IMG/VR virus record: IMGVR_UViG_3300028805_000045
Source: a virus
Taxonomy: Duplodnaviria > Heunggongvirae > Uroviricota > Caudoviricetes
DNA: 64,000 bases
Strand: one strand, 5' to 3'
How positions within the stretch are numbered: position 1 is the first letter of the stretch; the number at the start of each line of letters is the position of its first letter. Both the position numbers and the translations under genes were made by a program. Below the pieces are notes generated by a model. It was not told where the DNA came from, ran no database searches, and saw only the letters and a list, made by a program, of their open reading frames with translations. Shown here piece after piece: positions 36,239 through 46,159 of the stretch.

Positions 36239-36481
36239 TTATGACCACTGTGTTGATAAAATTTCATCTTTATTTTCTAATTTCATAGAACAAATAGGAC
36301 AATAATGTTTAATAGTAACCGCATTACATTCCATGAATGCACTATTTTTATCCGCGGGTTCAATATATTTTGCGAGATTACCATTTTCATCTACAGGTAC
36401 TCTAGTCCAACGACCTTCATTAAATAAATCAAAATCCCATTTTTCTTCGGTAGTTCTGCCGCAGTTATCACATTTATACAT
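36239..36481 (-). CDS. Small zinc-finger protein (paralog family)
   Basis: YKCDNCG..FNEGRW..HYCPIC. Confidence 0.6.
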   Translation of the reverse strand: MYKCDNCGRTTEEKWDFDLFNEGRWTRVPVDENGNLAKYIEPADKNSAFMECNAVTIKHYCPICSMKLENKDEILSTQWS

Positions 36482-36482
36482 C

Positions 36483-36689
36483 TCACCACATCTCCTCGTC
36501 ATCATTATCAAACATCACAAATCTGTCGTTTCTTGCTGGGCACTCCATTTGTTCGAGGTCTTTCTTACCGTAACAATGAAAGGGCCAATAGTTGTCGCAA
36601 TAAATACAATGCCAATGCGGTTCGCAGCCTTTATACATGAGATTTTCAACTCGCTCAACTTCGTGATATTTTGTTGTTGTTTCAGTCAT
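36483..36689 (-). CDS. Cys/His-rich hypothetical protein
   Basis: HWHCIYC..HCY. Confidence 0.55.
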   Translation of the reverse strand: MTETTTKYHEVERVENLMYKGCEPHWHCIYCDNYWPFHCYGKKDLEQMECPARNDRFVMFDNDDEEMW

Positions 36690-36866
36690 TTCTATTTCAC
36701 CGTTCTATAATTCTATAAGTAAATCCAGGTTCTTTATATTCCTTTGACCATTTTCCATTTCCAAAGTAGAAACGAAAATATAGATAACCTCCATAACGAT
36801 TCTCATCTATTCGTTTAACTTCATATTCAGTAGACATTTCAGAAAAGTGATTTGTCAGTTCAATAA

Positions 36867-37178
36867 TCATTCCCACTTCACCGCCTGTCCACATTTTCTG
36901 CAAAATCTGTCCGTTTCTGACATAAGTACTCCACAAGACGGGCAATGACCAACTTTTACCTTTGGTTTATAACCAAGTGTTGCTTCTGCTATATCGTGAA
37001 CAAGCTTTGGTTCCCGCGCTTTCAGCAGTGAAAGGGCGTCAGCCGCAAGATGCGCTGACCCCGCAAATAGACCATCGCCTTCTTCGCATTCATTGGCATA
37101 CGGGCATTTTCTACACATTTCTCCTGCCATTTGCGAACAGCATTCCAGCCCATTCATTACTTTCGTTATGTTAACCAT
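36867..37178 (-). CDS. Zinc-ribbon protein
   Basis: CRKCPY..CPSCG..FCRKCGQAVKW. Confidence 0.65.
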   Translation of the reverse strand: MVNITKVMNGLECCSQMAGEMCRKCPYANECEEGDGLFAGSAHLAADALSLLKAREPKLVHDIAEATLGYKPKVKVGHCPSCGVLMSETDRFCRKCGQAVKWE

Positions 37179-37368
37179 TCCACTTCACCGCCTTTTCTCC
37201 ATATTTACAAGAATCATTCGGCCCACGAAAATGCCACTTCAAATGCCAGTCAGGATCATTTTCATCAACGCGAGTACATTCCATAAACTCTGATATTCCA
37301 GGAAATTCCTCTTCCATCTGCCAATACTTACATTCTTTACATTTTATCATTTAATTTTTACCTTATTT

Positions 37369-37602
37369 TTATTTTTGAATTTCCTTTGCTAATATAAATT
37401 GTTTTGCAAATTCTGCCGGAGCTCTTCCTTTAATAGTTATTTCAGTACATTCTACAGATTCTGCTACTTTTACGAATTCAAAAAAAGTAATGCCGCCAGA
37501 AGTAAATGGTAATTTTTCGCGAAGTTGTATAATCCATGAACGTACACATTCTTTTGTCATATTCCAATAATAAAACCGCATAGTAGTATAAACTTCTATC
37601 AT
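37369..37602 (-). CDS. Hypothetical protein
   Basis: 77 aa ORF in operon. Confidence 0.5.
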   Translation of the reverse strand: MIEVYTTMRFYYWNMTKECVRSWIIQLREKLPFTSGGITFFEFVKVAESVECTEITIKGRAPAEFAKQFILAKEIQK

Positions 37603-38018
37603 TTAAACACCTCATGAACACTTACATAATACATACCAGGGATATAGTCCGCATATGTTACTGTATGTTTTTGATAATAAATTTTTATGTTACTTGAATC
37701 TGGAATTGTAAGCCAGACATACTTACAATTTTTATATCGTTTTTCTAATCTATATTCTTGACCTGGAGCAATACAAAATGCGTCTCTATTTGCTTGTTCA
37801 GAAGAAAATTCAACAAATGCCCCATAGTCTCCAATAACAATGCGGCTGAAAGATGAACAGATAAGAGTGCCCGCGGAAGTATAGAGCGGCTGAATAGTAG
37901 AAAGAAAAGATGGTACATTTAATTCATAGAGTTGCCGCATTTCTTCTGAAAGTTGTGGTGTTAGTTTATGATATTTATAATGCTCTGCTAAATTAGCTTC
38001 TAAATTTCGTGTATCCAT
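37599..38018 (-). CDS. Hypothetical protein
   Basis: RIVIGDYGAFVE..YYQ..TVTYADY.PG.YYVS. Confidence 0.65.
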   Translation of the reverse strand: MDTRNLEANLAEHYKYHKLTPQLSEEMRQLYELNVPSFLSTIQPLYTSAGTLICSSFSRIVIGDYGAFVEFSSEQANRDAFCIAPGQEYRLEKRYKNCKYVWLTIPDSSNIKIYYQKHTVTYADYIPGMYYVSVHEVFK

Positions 38019-38266
38019 TAGTTTTCCCTCGGCATAAAAGGATAATACCATTTATAATATTTTTCATAACATAAAGGACAATAGTGATGAACCGTAGCAA
38101 TTACTGCATAAGTTTGAAATTCCTTAGTTTCTTCATTATAATCCCAATCAATTTCTTTGTCATTTACGTCAAATTCTACGCAAGCCCAACCGCCATCTTT
38201 GAAAGGATTGAAGTTTAGTGTAGATTTACGAATTTCGCCGCACATATCACATTCGTAATACTTCAT
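38018..38266 (-). CDS. Small zinc-finger protein (paralog family)
   Basis: YECDMCG..FKDGGW..HHYCPLC. Confidence 0.6.
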   Translation of the reverse strand: MKYYECDMCGEIRKSTLNFNPFKDGGWACVEFDVNDKEIDWDYNEETKEFQTYAVIATVHHYCPLCYEKYYKWYYPFMPREN

Positions 38267-38357
38267 TTTAATCTCCTTTTTTCTTTTATTATATCAAAAT
38301 TTTAGAAAAAAGTCAATAACAAAAAAAATACGGAAGTGCTCGCGCACTTCCATATAA

Positions 38358-38642
38358 TCACCACATAATCATAAATTCATTATAAAGTGGAAAAAGAATA
38401 TCTTCTGTTGAATAAGTACGACTCCAAGCTTCATCAGAATTTAAACGTCCATATAACTTAAATCCTTCTTTTTCTAAATAAGTTATAAAGCTATTAGATA
38501 ATTTAGTAGTAGGATAAATAACATAATGAAAACCATTTTCTGCTAACGATCTCATTGTATCTATAATTTTTTTATTTTCTTCCTCAACTCTTTTAGCAAT
38601 AGCTGTATCTGTAATCAATCGCATTTCTTGCGCTAATTTCAT
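38358..38642 (-). CDS. Hypothetical protein
   Basis: MKLAQEMR..; followed by hairpin ggaagtgc-tcgc-gcacttcc. Confidence 0.6.
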   Translation of the reverse strand: MKLAQEMRLITDTAIAKRVEEENKKIIDTMRSLAENGFHYVIYPTTKLSNSFITYLEKEGFKLYGRLNSDEAWSRTYSTEDILFPLYNEFMIMW

Positions 38643-39181
38643 TTTAGATATTCCTCCCAAGTTTTTACATTAACCTGACAGCTCTTCATTACAGTACAGG
38701 CAGCCGCATGAGACTCGGGGGTTACTCCCGCAGAAGCATCACTAATAAAAGTGATAGGAATTTCTGGATAAAGTGCTTTTATAATTAGCACGTTGCTTAC
38801 GACGCAAATATCGGAGCAATAACCTACAAAAATCAATTCATCAAAATCTTCCAGATGGACTTCGCGCCAATTAGTATAGCCGAATTGTGCCTTTGGATAA
38901 AAGCTACATTTATCATAATAAAAATCTGGTCGAGCTTCTGGTGCTAGCCGCCATCCAGAAGTATTTATAATACAATGAGGTACAGGTAAGTTTTTTCCTT
39001 CTTGTAAAGTAAGATACGTATCTTCTTCATGTGTATCTTTTGTATAAATCAACTCATATTTATTATCAACTGCCCATTCTACCACTTTATGTAAAGTAGG
39101 CAACGATTTAATTGCTTCTTCATTTCGTAGAGCACCAGTTACAAAATCATTTTGAGCATCAATTACAATAACCGCTTTCAT
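38639..39181 (-). CDS. pncA: Nicotinamidase (isochorismatase/cysteine hydrolase family)
   Basis: VIDAQNDFVTG, TKDTH, PHC, G..SDICV; genomic context with pncB/nadD/nadE. Confidence 0.8.
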   Translation of the reverse strand: MKAVIVIDAQNDFVTGALRNEEAIKSLPTLHKVVEWAVDNKYELIYTKDTHEEDTYLTLQEGKNLPVPHCIINTSGWRLAPEARPDFYYDKCSFYPKAQFGYTNWREVHLEDFDELIFVGYCSDICVVSNVLIIKALYPEIPITFISDASAGVTPESHAAACTVMKSCQVNVKTWEEYLK

Positions 39182-39193
39182 TTTTAATCTCCT

Positions 39194-39508
39194 TTACCAT
39201 ACAATTTTAATGTTACTTAAATCATTGTCATTAATCATATCTATTAATTTAGTATAACTTATTTCATGCCATTTTGAAGGGAAATCCTTAACAGAATAAA
39301 AACTTTCAAAACGGAATCCTAATCCATAAAGCCATTTAACTATTTCTTCATTAAGTTCTGAAATTTTTATAACTAAATTTGTCTTTCCAATTTTTGCTAT
39401 ATTAGTTAAATCTTCAGCAATATAGTAATATTTATTATATAATTCTTCTCGTAAAACAGTCCCTGCTATTTTATGAAGAGAAGCCGCGGAAAATTCTTCA
39501 AATTTCAT
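39194..39508 (-). CDS. Hypothetical protein
   Basis: 104 aa in operon. Confidence 0.6.
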   Translation of the reverse strand: MKFEEFSAASLHKIAGTVLREELYNKYYYIAEDLTNIAKIGKTNLVIKISELNEEIVKWLYGLGFRFESFYSVKDFPSKWHEISYTKLIDMINDNDLSNIKIVW

Positions 39509-39683
39509 TTTTATTTTCTTTCTCCATTTTTAAGTAATGCCATTTCTCACATAACTCATTAAGTATGTCAAAAGTAGAACGATAATATCCTTGTGCATCA
39601 CACAAATTTATATCTAATTTTAATAATAAATTATTAACTTCTTCTAACCATTCCTCTTTTGTTAAACCACATATTTCATTCAT
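39498..39683 (-). CDS. Hypothetical protein
   Basis: MNEICG..YRSTFDIL. Confidence 0.5.
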   Translation of the reverse strand: MNEICGLTKEEWLEEVNNLLLKLDINLCDAQGYYRSTFDILNELCEKWHYLKMEKENKNEI

Positions 39684-40041
39684 AAATATAGCTTCCTTGA
39701 AATACATCAAATGTAGAATAGGGGTTATCTTTCAGTCCATTAATATAATTTCCGTCTTTAGTAACTTGAATGTCACGCAAGAATGAAATCATCCTGTCAT
39801 ATTCATTCTCAATCCATAATGAATTAGCTTCAAAATAACGTCCAATTTCATAGGAATTGCCGCATGACATTAGGTAATCAGCAACACAACTTCTCAGTAC
39901 TTTATCAATGGAATCTCTTCCTTGATAATGCCAATCACTATCACTCCATTCTTCCATAAACATTCTTATATTTTCATCAGCGCAATAAGGGCCAAGTTTT
40001 AGCGCATAAATAATACCAATTGTTTTATCTTCCATTTCCAT
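39676..40041 (-). CDS. Hypothetical protein
   Basis: Start at MEMEDK after AAGGA. Confidence 0.6.
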   Translation of the reverse strand: MEMEDKTIGIIYALKLGPYCADENIRMFMEEWSDSDWHYQGRDSIDKVLRSCVADYLMSCGNSYEIGRYFEANSLWIENEYDRMISFLRDIQVTKDGNYINGLKDNPYSTFDVFQGSYIYE

Positions 40042-40054
40042 TTCCTTTCTAAAC

Positions 40055-40261
40055 TTATGATTCACTTTTATTTTCACAACGATATAGTTTACGTCCGCAA
40101 TTTGGACAATAAAGCCAAGAGCTATTTTCAAGCGCTTTATCTTGGCATAGACATTCAGGAGGTTCAAATAAATCGTCAAATTGAAAATCTTTTCGTAAAT
40201 TACGAGGACCATTTTCTAATTGGTCTTGAAGTAATAAATTATGTAACTCTAATGTATCCAT
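40055..40261 (-). CDS. Small zinc-ribbon protein
   Basis: MDTLEL..CLC..YCPNCGRKL; AGGAGG RBS. Confidence 0.6.
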   Translation of the reverse strand: MDTLELHNLLLQDQLENGPRNLRKDFQFDDLFEPPECLCQDKALENSSWLYCPNCGRKLYRCENKSES

Positions 40262-40286
40262 AAACTTACCTCCTTTTTCTATATAT

Positions 40287-40315
40287 ATTATACTATAAAA
40301 AATGTGAAAAGTCAA
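40287..40315 (-). promoter_or_regulatory. sigmaA-type promoter heading the leftward middle region
   Basis: TTGACT-17 bp-TATAAT on the minus strand. Confidence 0.7.
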
Positions 40316-40660
40316 GAAGAAAAAATCATAAAAATTATGTAATACTGGTACCTCGTAAAATGAAATAAGAGGGGAAGATAATTTATAAATAAGAAATAAA
40401 ATTGAAAAGGGGAGGGGTATGTAGGGAGAGTAGGGCCTGAATTTTTCTAGGAAAAATTGGTAGTGAGGGGAGAGTAGGAGGATTAGAGAGTAGTGCGTCA
40501 AATTTTTACTTTTGTCAACAATTTGAAAATGAAATTCTAAAAAAAACAGGGGTAATTTTTAGGCAATTTTTACAATTTTATACTAGTCAAATATTAGATT
40601 TAAATTCAAAATGAAATTCCAAAATTTTACATTTATGGTAAAATTAGGAAATTACGTTGA

Positions 40661-40965
40661 AGTGCGAGTTCCGCTTCACGGAACTCTCGGGCGTAATATT
40701 ACTCGTAATGCGCTTCGCGCATTACTCGTAATATTACTTATATATATTATATATAATATATAAGTAATTTTTTGGTGGTATTTTTTTAGGTATTTATAAG
40801 GGGAGTGTGGGGTCTACCAAAAAAATACCACCTAATTTTATATCACATTTAAATTATAGAAGCGGAGTTCGCTTTGCGAACTCCTCGGGGCGTAATATTA
40901 CTCGTAGTCCGCTAACGCGGACAACTCGTAATATTACTTATATATTATATATAAAAAATATATAT
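40661..40965. repeat. Two ~100 bp direct repeats of hairpin / GTAATATTAC / hairpin / GTAATATTAC / (AT)n; candidate replication origin
   Basis: Units begin at about 40661 and 40861; four perfect GTAATATTAC palindromes; hairpin stems differ in sequence but keep pairing. Confidence 0.6.
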
Positions 40966-41127
40966 AGTAAAAAAAGTGTGTTTTTTTTTGACTACACCCT
41001 ATATAGTCCTAGGGGTGTAGTCAATTTTTGTTACACTTTTTTTACTACAATTTTTTTTAGTAATTATAATAAAATAACCAATATGTTGGTAAGATTTTTT
41101 ACTTTTATTATGATAAAAGTATACTAT

Positions 41128-41156
41128 TTGACTTTTATTTAAATTTATGTTATACT
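41128..41156 (+). promoter_or_regulatory. sigmaA-type promoter
   Basis: TTGACT-17 bp-TATACT. Confidence 0.7.
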
Positions 41157-41175
41157 AGAAATAGAAGGTGATAAA

Positions 41176-42531
41176 ATGAATACAATTACAGTTAGCGATT
41201 TACAACTTCAAAACAAATTAGTTTTTCGCCGCGGCGATTACAATATATTAGATTGCGGCATACGTACTGGTAAGACTTATTGGGCAATTAATAATTTAAA
41301 GCAATTTACACATGATGGTTAGCTTAATCGTATTTTATTTCTTGTTGATACTAATGCGCTTAAAGAATAGATAATTCAATAGTACAGCGATAGTTGTACG
41401 AACGCAGACATGTTTTGGGAGAATCCCAGTTCGTGGGGCGAATCAGTTAATAAAATTGGAGTTATGTGCTATCAAGCTTTGGGACTTCGCGCAATACGAA
41501 ATAATTTATCTTTTTTAGAAAATATAGACGTTATATGCTGGGACGAATGTGATAGCGTATTTGATTTTGCGACTTAGGCTTTTGTAAAGGCACGTCGTAC
41601 AGATTTCGCGCGCAAAGATGCATCTAATATGGAAGTTCTTTCTATTATTCAATCCTTCTCTACTAAGAAAGAATATATGCCATTAGTTGTACTTGGTGAA
41701 TGGCAAAAATTAATAGAAGAAGGCCGAATTATGTGTATTGGTCTTTCTGCCTCTCCTGAGCGTGCGTATGCTTATTATAAATCATTGGTTAGCGCTAGTT
41801 ATCAAGGTAAATTAGAAGTTGGCTACCGTATGGCTAATGATATTTATTTTACTAATATTATACAGCATGTAAATGAATTATAGCCTGAATTAAATAAAGG
41901 ATACTGGTGTTTTTCTCCATTTATCGCGCCAAATTAGCAGCTTGTAGAAGCTGCGAAAGCACGAGGATTTAATGCCATTGAATTACATTCTCCTAATAAT
42001 ATTGATAAACCTATGACCCAAGAGCAGCTTAGAGTATATAATATGATTGTAGCTACTGGTATGGTCCCGCCAGAATATGATTTTGTTATCGTAAATAAAG
42101 CTCTTGCGCGAGGTATTACAATTATTGATTAGCGTTTTAATCATATCATAATTGATTCTGTTAATTAGGTAGATAGAATACAAGCAGCTCGTTAGACATT
42201 TTAGTATTAGCGACATTTAAAAGTTTTTGCGCCGCAGATACCAGAAGAATATTTAAACACTTGGATTACAGTAGAGCAATGTAGAAATTTGGCAGAATAT
42301 ATGAATGTGCCAGAATTAGATAAAAGTAATAAAAATAATTCTCGGGTTATGACCTGGAATAAATTAAAAGAATATTTGCCTAGTTTGGGATATACCGTTG
42401 AAGGAAAAAGAAAACGAATGAACGGTAAACCAACATAGTGCTATTATATTAGCGGCGAATGGCACGACGTAGAAATAGTAGATAATGATTTTTTATAGCT
42501 TGTAGAAGCAAGTCAAAAGCTGGAAGAGTAA
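41176..42531 (+). CDS. Superfamily 2 helicase (DExD-like), possible origin-binding protein, TAG-recoded (451 aa)
   Basis: GIRTGKT (Walker A), ALKE(Q), WDECD (Walker B), GLSASP, LARGI, IQAAR(Q); only TAG interruptions. Confidence 0.8.
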
Positions 42532-42533
42532 TC

Positions 42534-42973
42534 TTCCAGCTTATTTTTTTTATTTATTCCAGCTTATTTGACTTATTAAATAAATTATGATATAAATATT
42601 TATATTTATATTTCCCCTTTTATTATAACATAAATTTAAAAATAAATCAAATATTTTATTTTTTTTTAAATAAATAAAAATAAAATTTATTTATAAAAAT
42701 AAATTTAATTATTTTAAATTTTTAGTTTATTTTGTAGTAAAGATTCCAGTTTGTCAAACCTTTAGCTTGTAGAATATTTATACATATATTTGACTCATGT
42801 AAATTTCCAGCTTGTGTAAAATTTTACAAATTTTTCCAGCTCACTGTGTGGTTTCCAGCTCGCCCGCATGGGCTCTGCGCCCGACGCCCAGCTCGCTTCC
42901 AGCTTGCCCGTCTCAGATTTGCCTAAACTCCAGCTTACCAGCTTCTTCCAGCTTTTCCAGAAATTTCCAGCTT
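42534..42973 (+). repeat. Cluster of 11 CCAGCT (mostly TTCCAGCTT) motifs
   Basis: Counted by eye between 42536 and 42972, all on the plus strand. Confidence 0.7.
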
Positions 42974-43152
42974 ATGGTAAAATTTGACATATATGTCAAA
43001 TTCTGGAAGTGATGTATAAATTTGGAAGAAGTATAAAAATTAGATAAGTAATTATTTGACAAAAGTGGAAATTAGATGTATAACATCTAAAATTAGTTGT
43101 TGACTTTTTTATATTTCTGTATTATAATACTATTGAAAGTGAGGGATGAAGA

Positions 43153-43344
43153 ATGTGGGATTCTGAAAACATTATCTGGACTGTATCATGGAAAAAGAAA
43201 GAAAAGGGAAAGTCTTATTTTTGCTATGGCGCAAGAAGTTTTTCAAATCCGCGAGAAGCACGAGGTTTTGCTAAATATCTTATGACTAAACCTGAAATGT
43301 TTGGCATAATCATTAGCTCAAAAGAAGAATGGCGAAAAGAATAA
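43153..43344 (+). CDS. Cassette hypothetical protein
   Basis: Promoter TTGACT at 43100, RBS, terminator, bounded by palindromes. Confidence 0.7.
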   Translation: MWDSENIIWTVSWKKKEKGKSYFCYGARSFSNPREARGFAKYLMTKPEMFGIIISSKEEWRKE

Positions 43345-43455
43345 GCGGCAATAAGCCGCATTATAAGTTTAGATGTTAAACATCTAAAAACTTGTATTGA
43401 CTTTTATTTTATTATGTGCTATACTCTTATTGTAAAAGCAAGGAGGGATTTGGAA

Positions 43456-43869
43456 ATGATGAATTATTATAGGGTAAAAGAAGAACTGTATTTTAATAAT
43501 GAAAAGATTGGCGTACAATATAGCCATACTATGAAGGATGAGGAACCTGAATTTGATACTGAATTATATAGCGGTGCTGATTTGTTACAGAGTATCAAAG
43601 ACACTGGACATCTGCCGGGAAAGTTTCTTGGGCTCGCAAGTTGGGAAGCGCGTCTTTTTCATCGCAATCAATATGTATTGCGCGGTTGGGGCATTGGTTT
43701 TAATGGAATAAGCCGCAACTTAAATAAAAATGATATTATTGTTTATACAATTAAATATACAGAAGAAACTCCCTCTATAAAAGAAATCTTACAATATTCA
43801 GACGGTATGAAAGCTATTCAATGGTTGAAAGATAGAGGAATGACAACTTGTCCACTGAATCCGCAATAA
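43456..43869 (+). CDS. Cassette hypothetical protein
   Basis: AGGAGG RBS; TAA in hairpin loop. Confidence 0.7.
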   Translation: MMNYYRVKEELYFNNEKIGVQYSHTMKDEEPEFDTELYSGADLLQSIKDTGHLPGKFLGLASWEARLFHRNQYVLRGWGIGFNGISRNLNKNDIIVYTIKYTEETPSIKEILQYSDGMKAIQWLKDRGMTTCPLNPQ

Positions 43870-43967
43870 TGCGGATTTTATTATTTAGATGTTTAACATC
43901 TAAAAGTTGAACTTGACTTTTTAATATAATATGATATAATGCTATTGAAAGGAAGGGAGGAATTAAA

Positions 43968-44240
43968 ATGTTTAACTTCTTCAAAATGGAATCTTGGGAA
44001 CGCAAAGAATATATTGCGGACTGGTTTGGCTTGAAGTCTTGGTCGCATTTTTTCTACGCGGCGCGCGTTCTTCCTAAATTTAGACCGCACATTCATGGAT
44101 ACGTTTATGATTGGGCGGAAGAAAAAATTAAACCCGCTTATTGGATAAAAGACAAAAACGGTTCTATTATTCCTTGGGCACATTTTGACAAGAGTACTGT
44201 TATGTGTACTACAATGGATGATTGGTTAAACCATGTATAA
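43968..44240 (+). CDS. Cassette hypothetical protein (Trp-rich)
   Basis: Promoter at 43913, GGAGG RBS. Confidence 0.7.
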   Translation: MFNFFKMESWERKEYIADWFGLKSWSHFFYAARVLPKFRPHIHGYVYDWAEEKIKPAYWIKDKNGSIIPWAHFDKSTVMCTTMDDWLNHV

Positions 44241-44312
44241 TTAAAATAAGGCGGTTTAACCGCCTTTTATAATTAGATGTTTAACATCTAAAAAAAATAA
44301 AGGTAGTTAAAA

Positions 44313-44561
44313 CTACCTATACATAAGGGAAAGAAAATAGCAATTCAATACAACGCTGGCGACGTGAATCATAATATCATTACAATGGCGTTGCTGATTG
44401 GTAAAATCTTTAATAATACCAACCACGGCAATGCCAAGGCCAAACCACGATGCGGAAAACCCAAACAACATTACAAGCGCAACATTCAGAATCATGCCGA
44501 GCGCGCGGAGATCGTTCCACTCAAAGCGATATGCGGTTTCTACATTGAAAAACTTTTTCAT
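44313..44561 (-). CDS. Cassette membrane protein
   Basis: Hydrophobic segments; ends at TAG within terminator hairpin. Confidence 0.65.
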   Translation of the reverse strand: MKKFFNVETAYRFEWNDLRALGMILNVALVMLFGFSASWFGLGIAVVGIIKDFTNQQRHCNDIMIHVASVVLNCYFLSLMYR

Positions 44562-44764
44562 TCCACTTCTTCCTCCACTTCTTCATCATAGCTACTATAA
44601 AGAATATCATACAGGGCAGTATCAATTTTATTCAGTTCCTTATAAAAGTAAGGCAGTAAATCTTTGACTTTTTCGCCTGCGTCTTGAAGGAATCTGCGGA
44701 ATTCTTCAATCTTTTTTGCTTCTTCGCGTGTCCAACTAACTTCGATTTTTTTACTAATATTCAT
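44558..44764 (-). CDS. Cassette hypothetical protein
   Basis: Leader hairpin plus CCAGAAAGG RBS. Confidence 0.65.
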   Translation of the reverse strand: MNISKKIEVSWTREEAKKIEEFRRFLQDAGEKVKDLLPYFYKELNKIDTALYDILYSSYDEEVEEEVE

Positions 44765-44886
44765 TTCTCAATTTCCTTTCTGGTTTGTAGTGTGTCCTTC
44801 ACTTTTCACTAAGAGTATAACACAATTTTTATTATAAGTCAAATAAAAAATATAGATGTTTAACATCTAAATATAAAAGAGTTAGA

Positions 44887-45078
44887 TCACTCTAACTCTT
44901 TTATTTCTTCCAAACTGTCGCAATGTGAAAAATTATATACTTCATCCCAAAAGAAATTTTTATTACATTTAGGGCAGTATCCTTCCCAAGTTTCATAATA
45001 GTAGTCACCTTCATTTTGAGTGCGACAGCATTCAGTATATTCCAATTCTTCGTTACAATACGGGCATTTCGGTGGCAT
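44887..45078 (-). CDS. Cassette zinc-ribbon protein
   Basis: CPYC..CPKC. Confidence 0.6.
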   Translation of the reverse strand: MPPKCPYCNEELEYTECCRTQNEGDYYYETWEGYCPKCNKNFFWDEVYNFSHCDSLEEIKELE

Positions 45079-45289
45079 ATTATTCTTCCCCCTTTTATTC
45101 ACAATCAAATTCTACAATTTCATTATTAAGAGTAATACATTTAACACATGCTTGTGACCATTTTGCTTGTTTATTGAGTTTATAGGCATAGCGTTCTGCT
45201 TGTTCTCTATTTTTACTAATTGCAATGGGATGAGCGTAGTCACTAATGTAATATACCACATACAATTTCATTCTTTATCATACCTTTCT

Positions 45290-45514
45290 TTATTGATTTT
45301 CTTGGGCGGCGATTTCTCCCGCCAGATAGCCTTCTCCGTATCCCTTCATAAACATAGCATCATACATATCAAACTCATGAAGGGAAAATTTTTTGTCCGG
45401 AAAGAGATAGGCAAGATAGTGAAGCATTTCTATACTATACTTTCTTTCTATTACTTCCCATGGATAAAATTTTTTTATCCTTCTCACCATCTGTGTTACT
45501 TTGTAGTAAATCAT
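45290..45514 (-). CDS. Cassette hypothetical protein
   Basis: 74 aa, ATGA overlap with upstream gene. Confidence 0.55.
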   Translation of the reverse strand: MIYYKVTQMVRRIKKFYPWEVIERKYSIEMLHYLAYLFPDKKFSLHEFDMYDAMFMKGYGEGYLAGEIAAQENQ

Positions 45515-45666
45515 TCTTTATCCCATCCTTTCTTATGCTTCGGCTTCTTGTTGCGCTTGTCGGGAATCACTTTGGTCACGGGGCTGATAGTGCCCCAATC
45601 TTTACGCATAGCGCGATAGATTTCATAGTTGGAACGGGGTTTAGTTTTAGATTTTTTCTTGCTCAT
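45511..45666 (-). CDS. Small very basic protein (51 aa)
   Basis: MSKKKSKTKPRSNYEIYRAMRKDWGTISPVTKVIPDKRNKKPKHKKGWDKE; AGGAGGG RBS. Confidence 0.65.
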   Translation of the reverse strand: MSKKKSKTKPRSNYEIYRAMRKDWGTISPVTKVIPDKRNKKPKHKKGWDKE

Positions 45667-45761
45667 TTCTTTTCCCTCCTGACAATAGCATTATACTATA
45701 TAATTGGAATGAAGTCAAGATTGAAAGTTAGATGTTAAACATCTAAAATAGAAATGGGAGG

Positions 45762-46040
45762 TTAGCCCTCCCAAACTTCTTCTTCCCAAAAAGCAAACAT
45801 ACCTTCAAAATAATCATTAAATTCTGTTATAGTCCAAGAGCAAATAATATCAAGCCAGTTCGGCCCTAATTTTTCTGAAATTGTAGGGCAGTCCCAAGTT
45901 TTTTTCTGAAAATTATATTCGCTAAGTTCAAATTCTTCGTTTAGCCAATTCATTTGATATAGGTATTTAACCGCGGATTTATAGTCTTTTGCGACGCCAA
46001 GGAATCCATGGCTTTCTTCATTTATTACAATAACAGTCAT
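45762..46040 (-). CDS. Cassette hypothetical protein
   Basis: Promoter, leader hairpin, stop in terminator loop. Confidence 0.7.
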   Translation of the reverse strand: MTVIVINEESHGFLGVAKDYKSAVKYLYQMNWLNEEFELSEYNFQKKTWDCPTISEKLGPNWLDIICSWTITEFNDYFEGMFAFWEEEVWEG

Positions 46041-46159
46041 TTTCAATCCTTTCTGGTTTTTAGTTGTTTTCCTTCAACTTTCATATAGAATATACCATAA
46101 GTTTATATAAAAGTCAAGATTGAAAATTAGATGTTTAACATCTAACAGAAGAAGGACGA

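Noticed and set aside
40262..41142. ORF 40807-41142 (+) and the long N-terminus of 40055-40501 (-)
   Set aside because: Translations of low-complexity repeat and promoter DNA without RBS.
42812..43012. 66-aa Ser/Pro-rich ORF
   Set aside because: Artefact of the CCAGCT repeat cluster.
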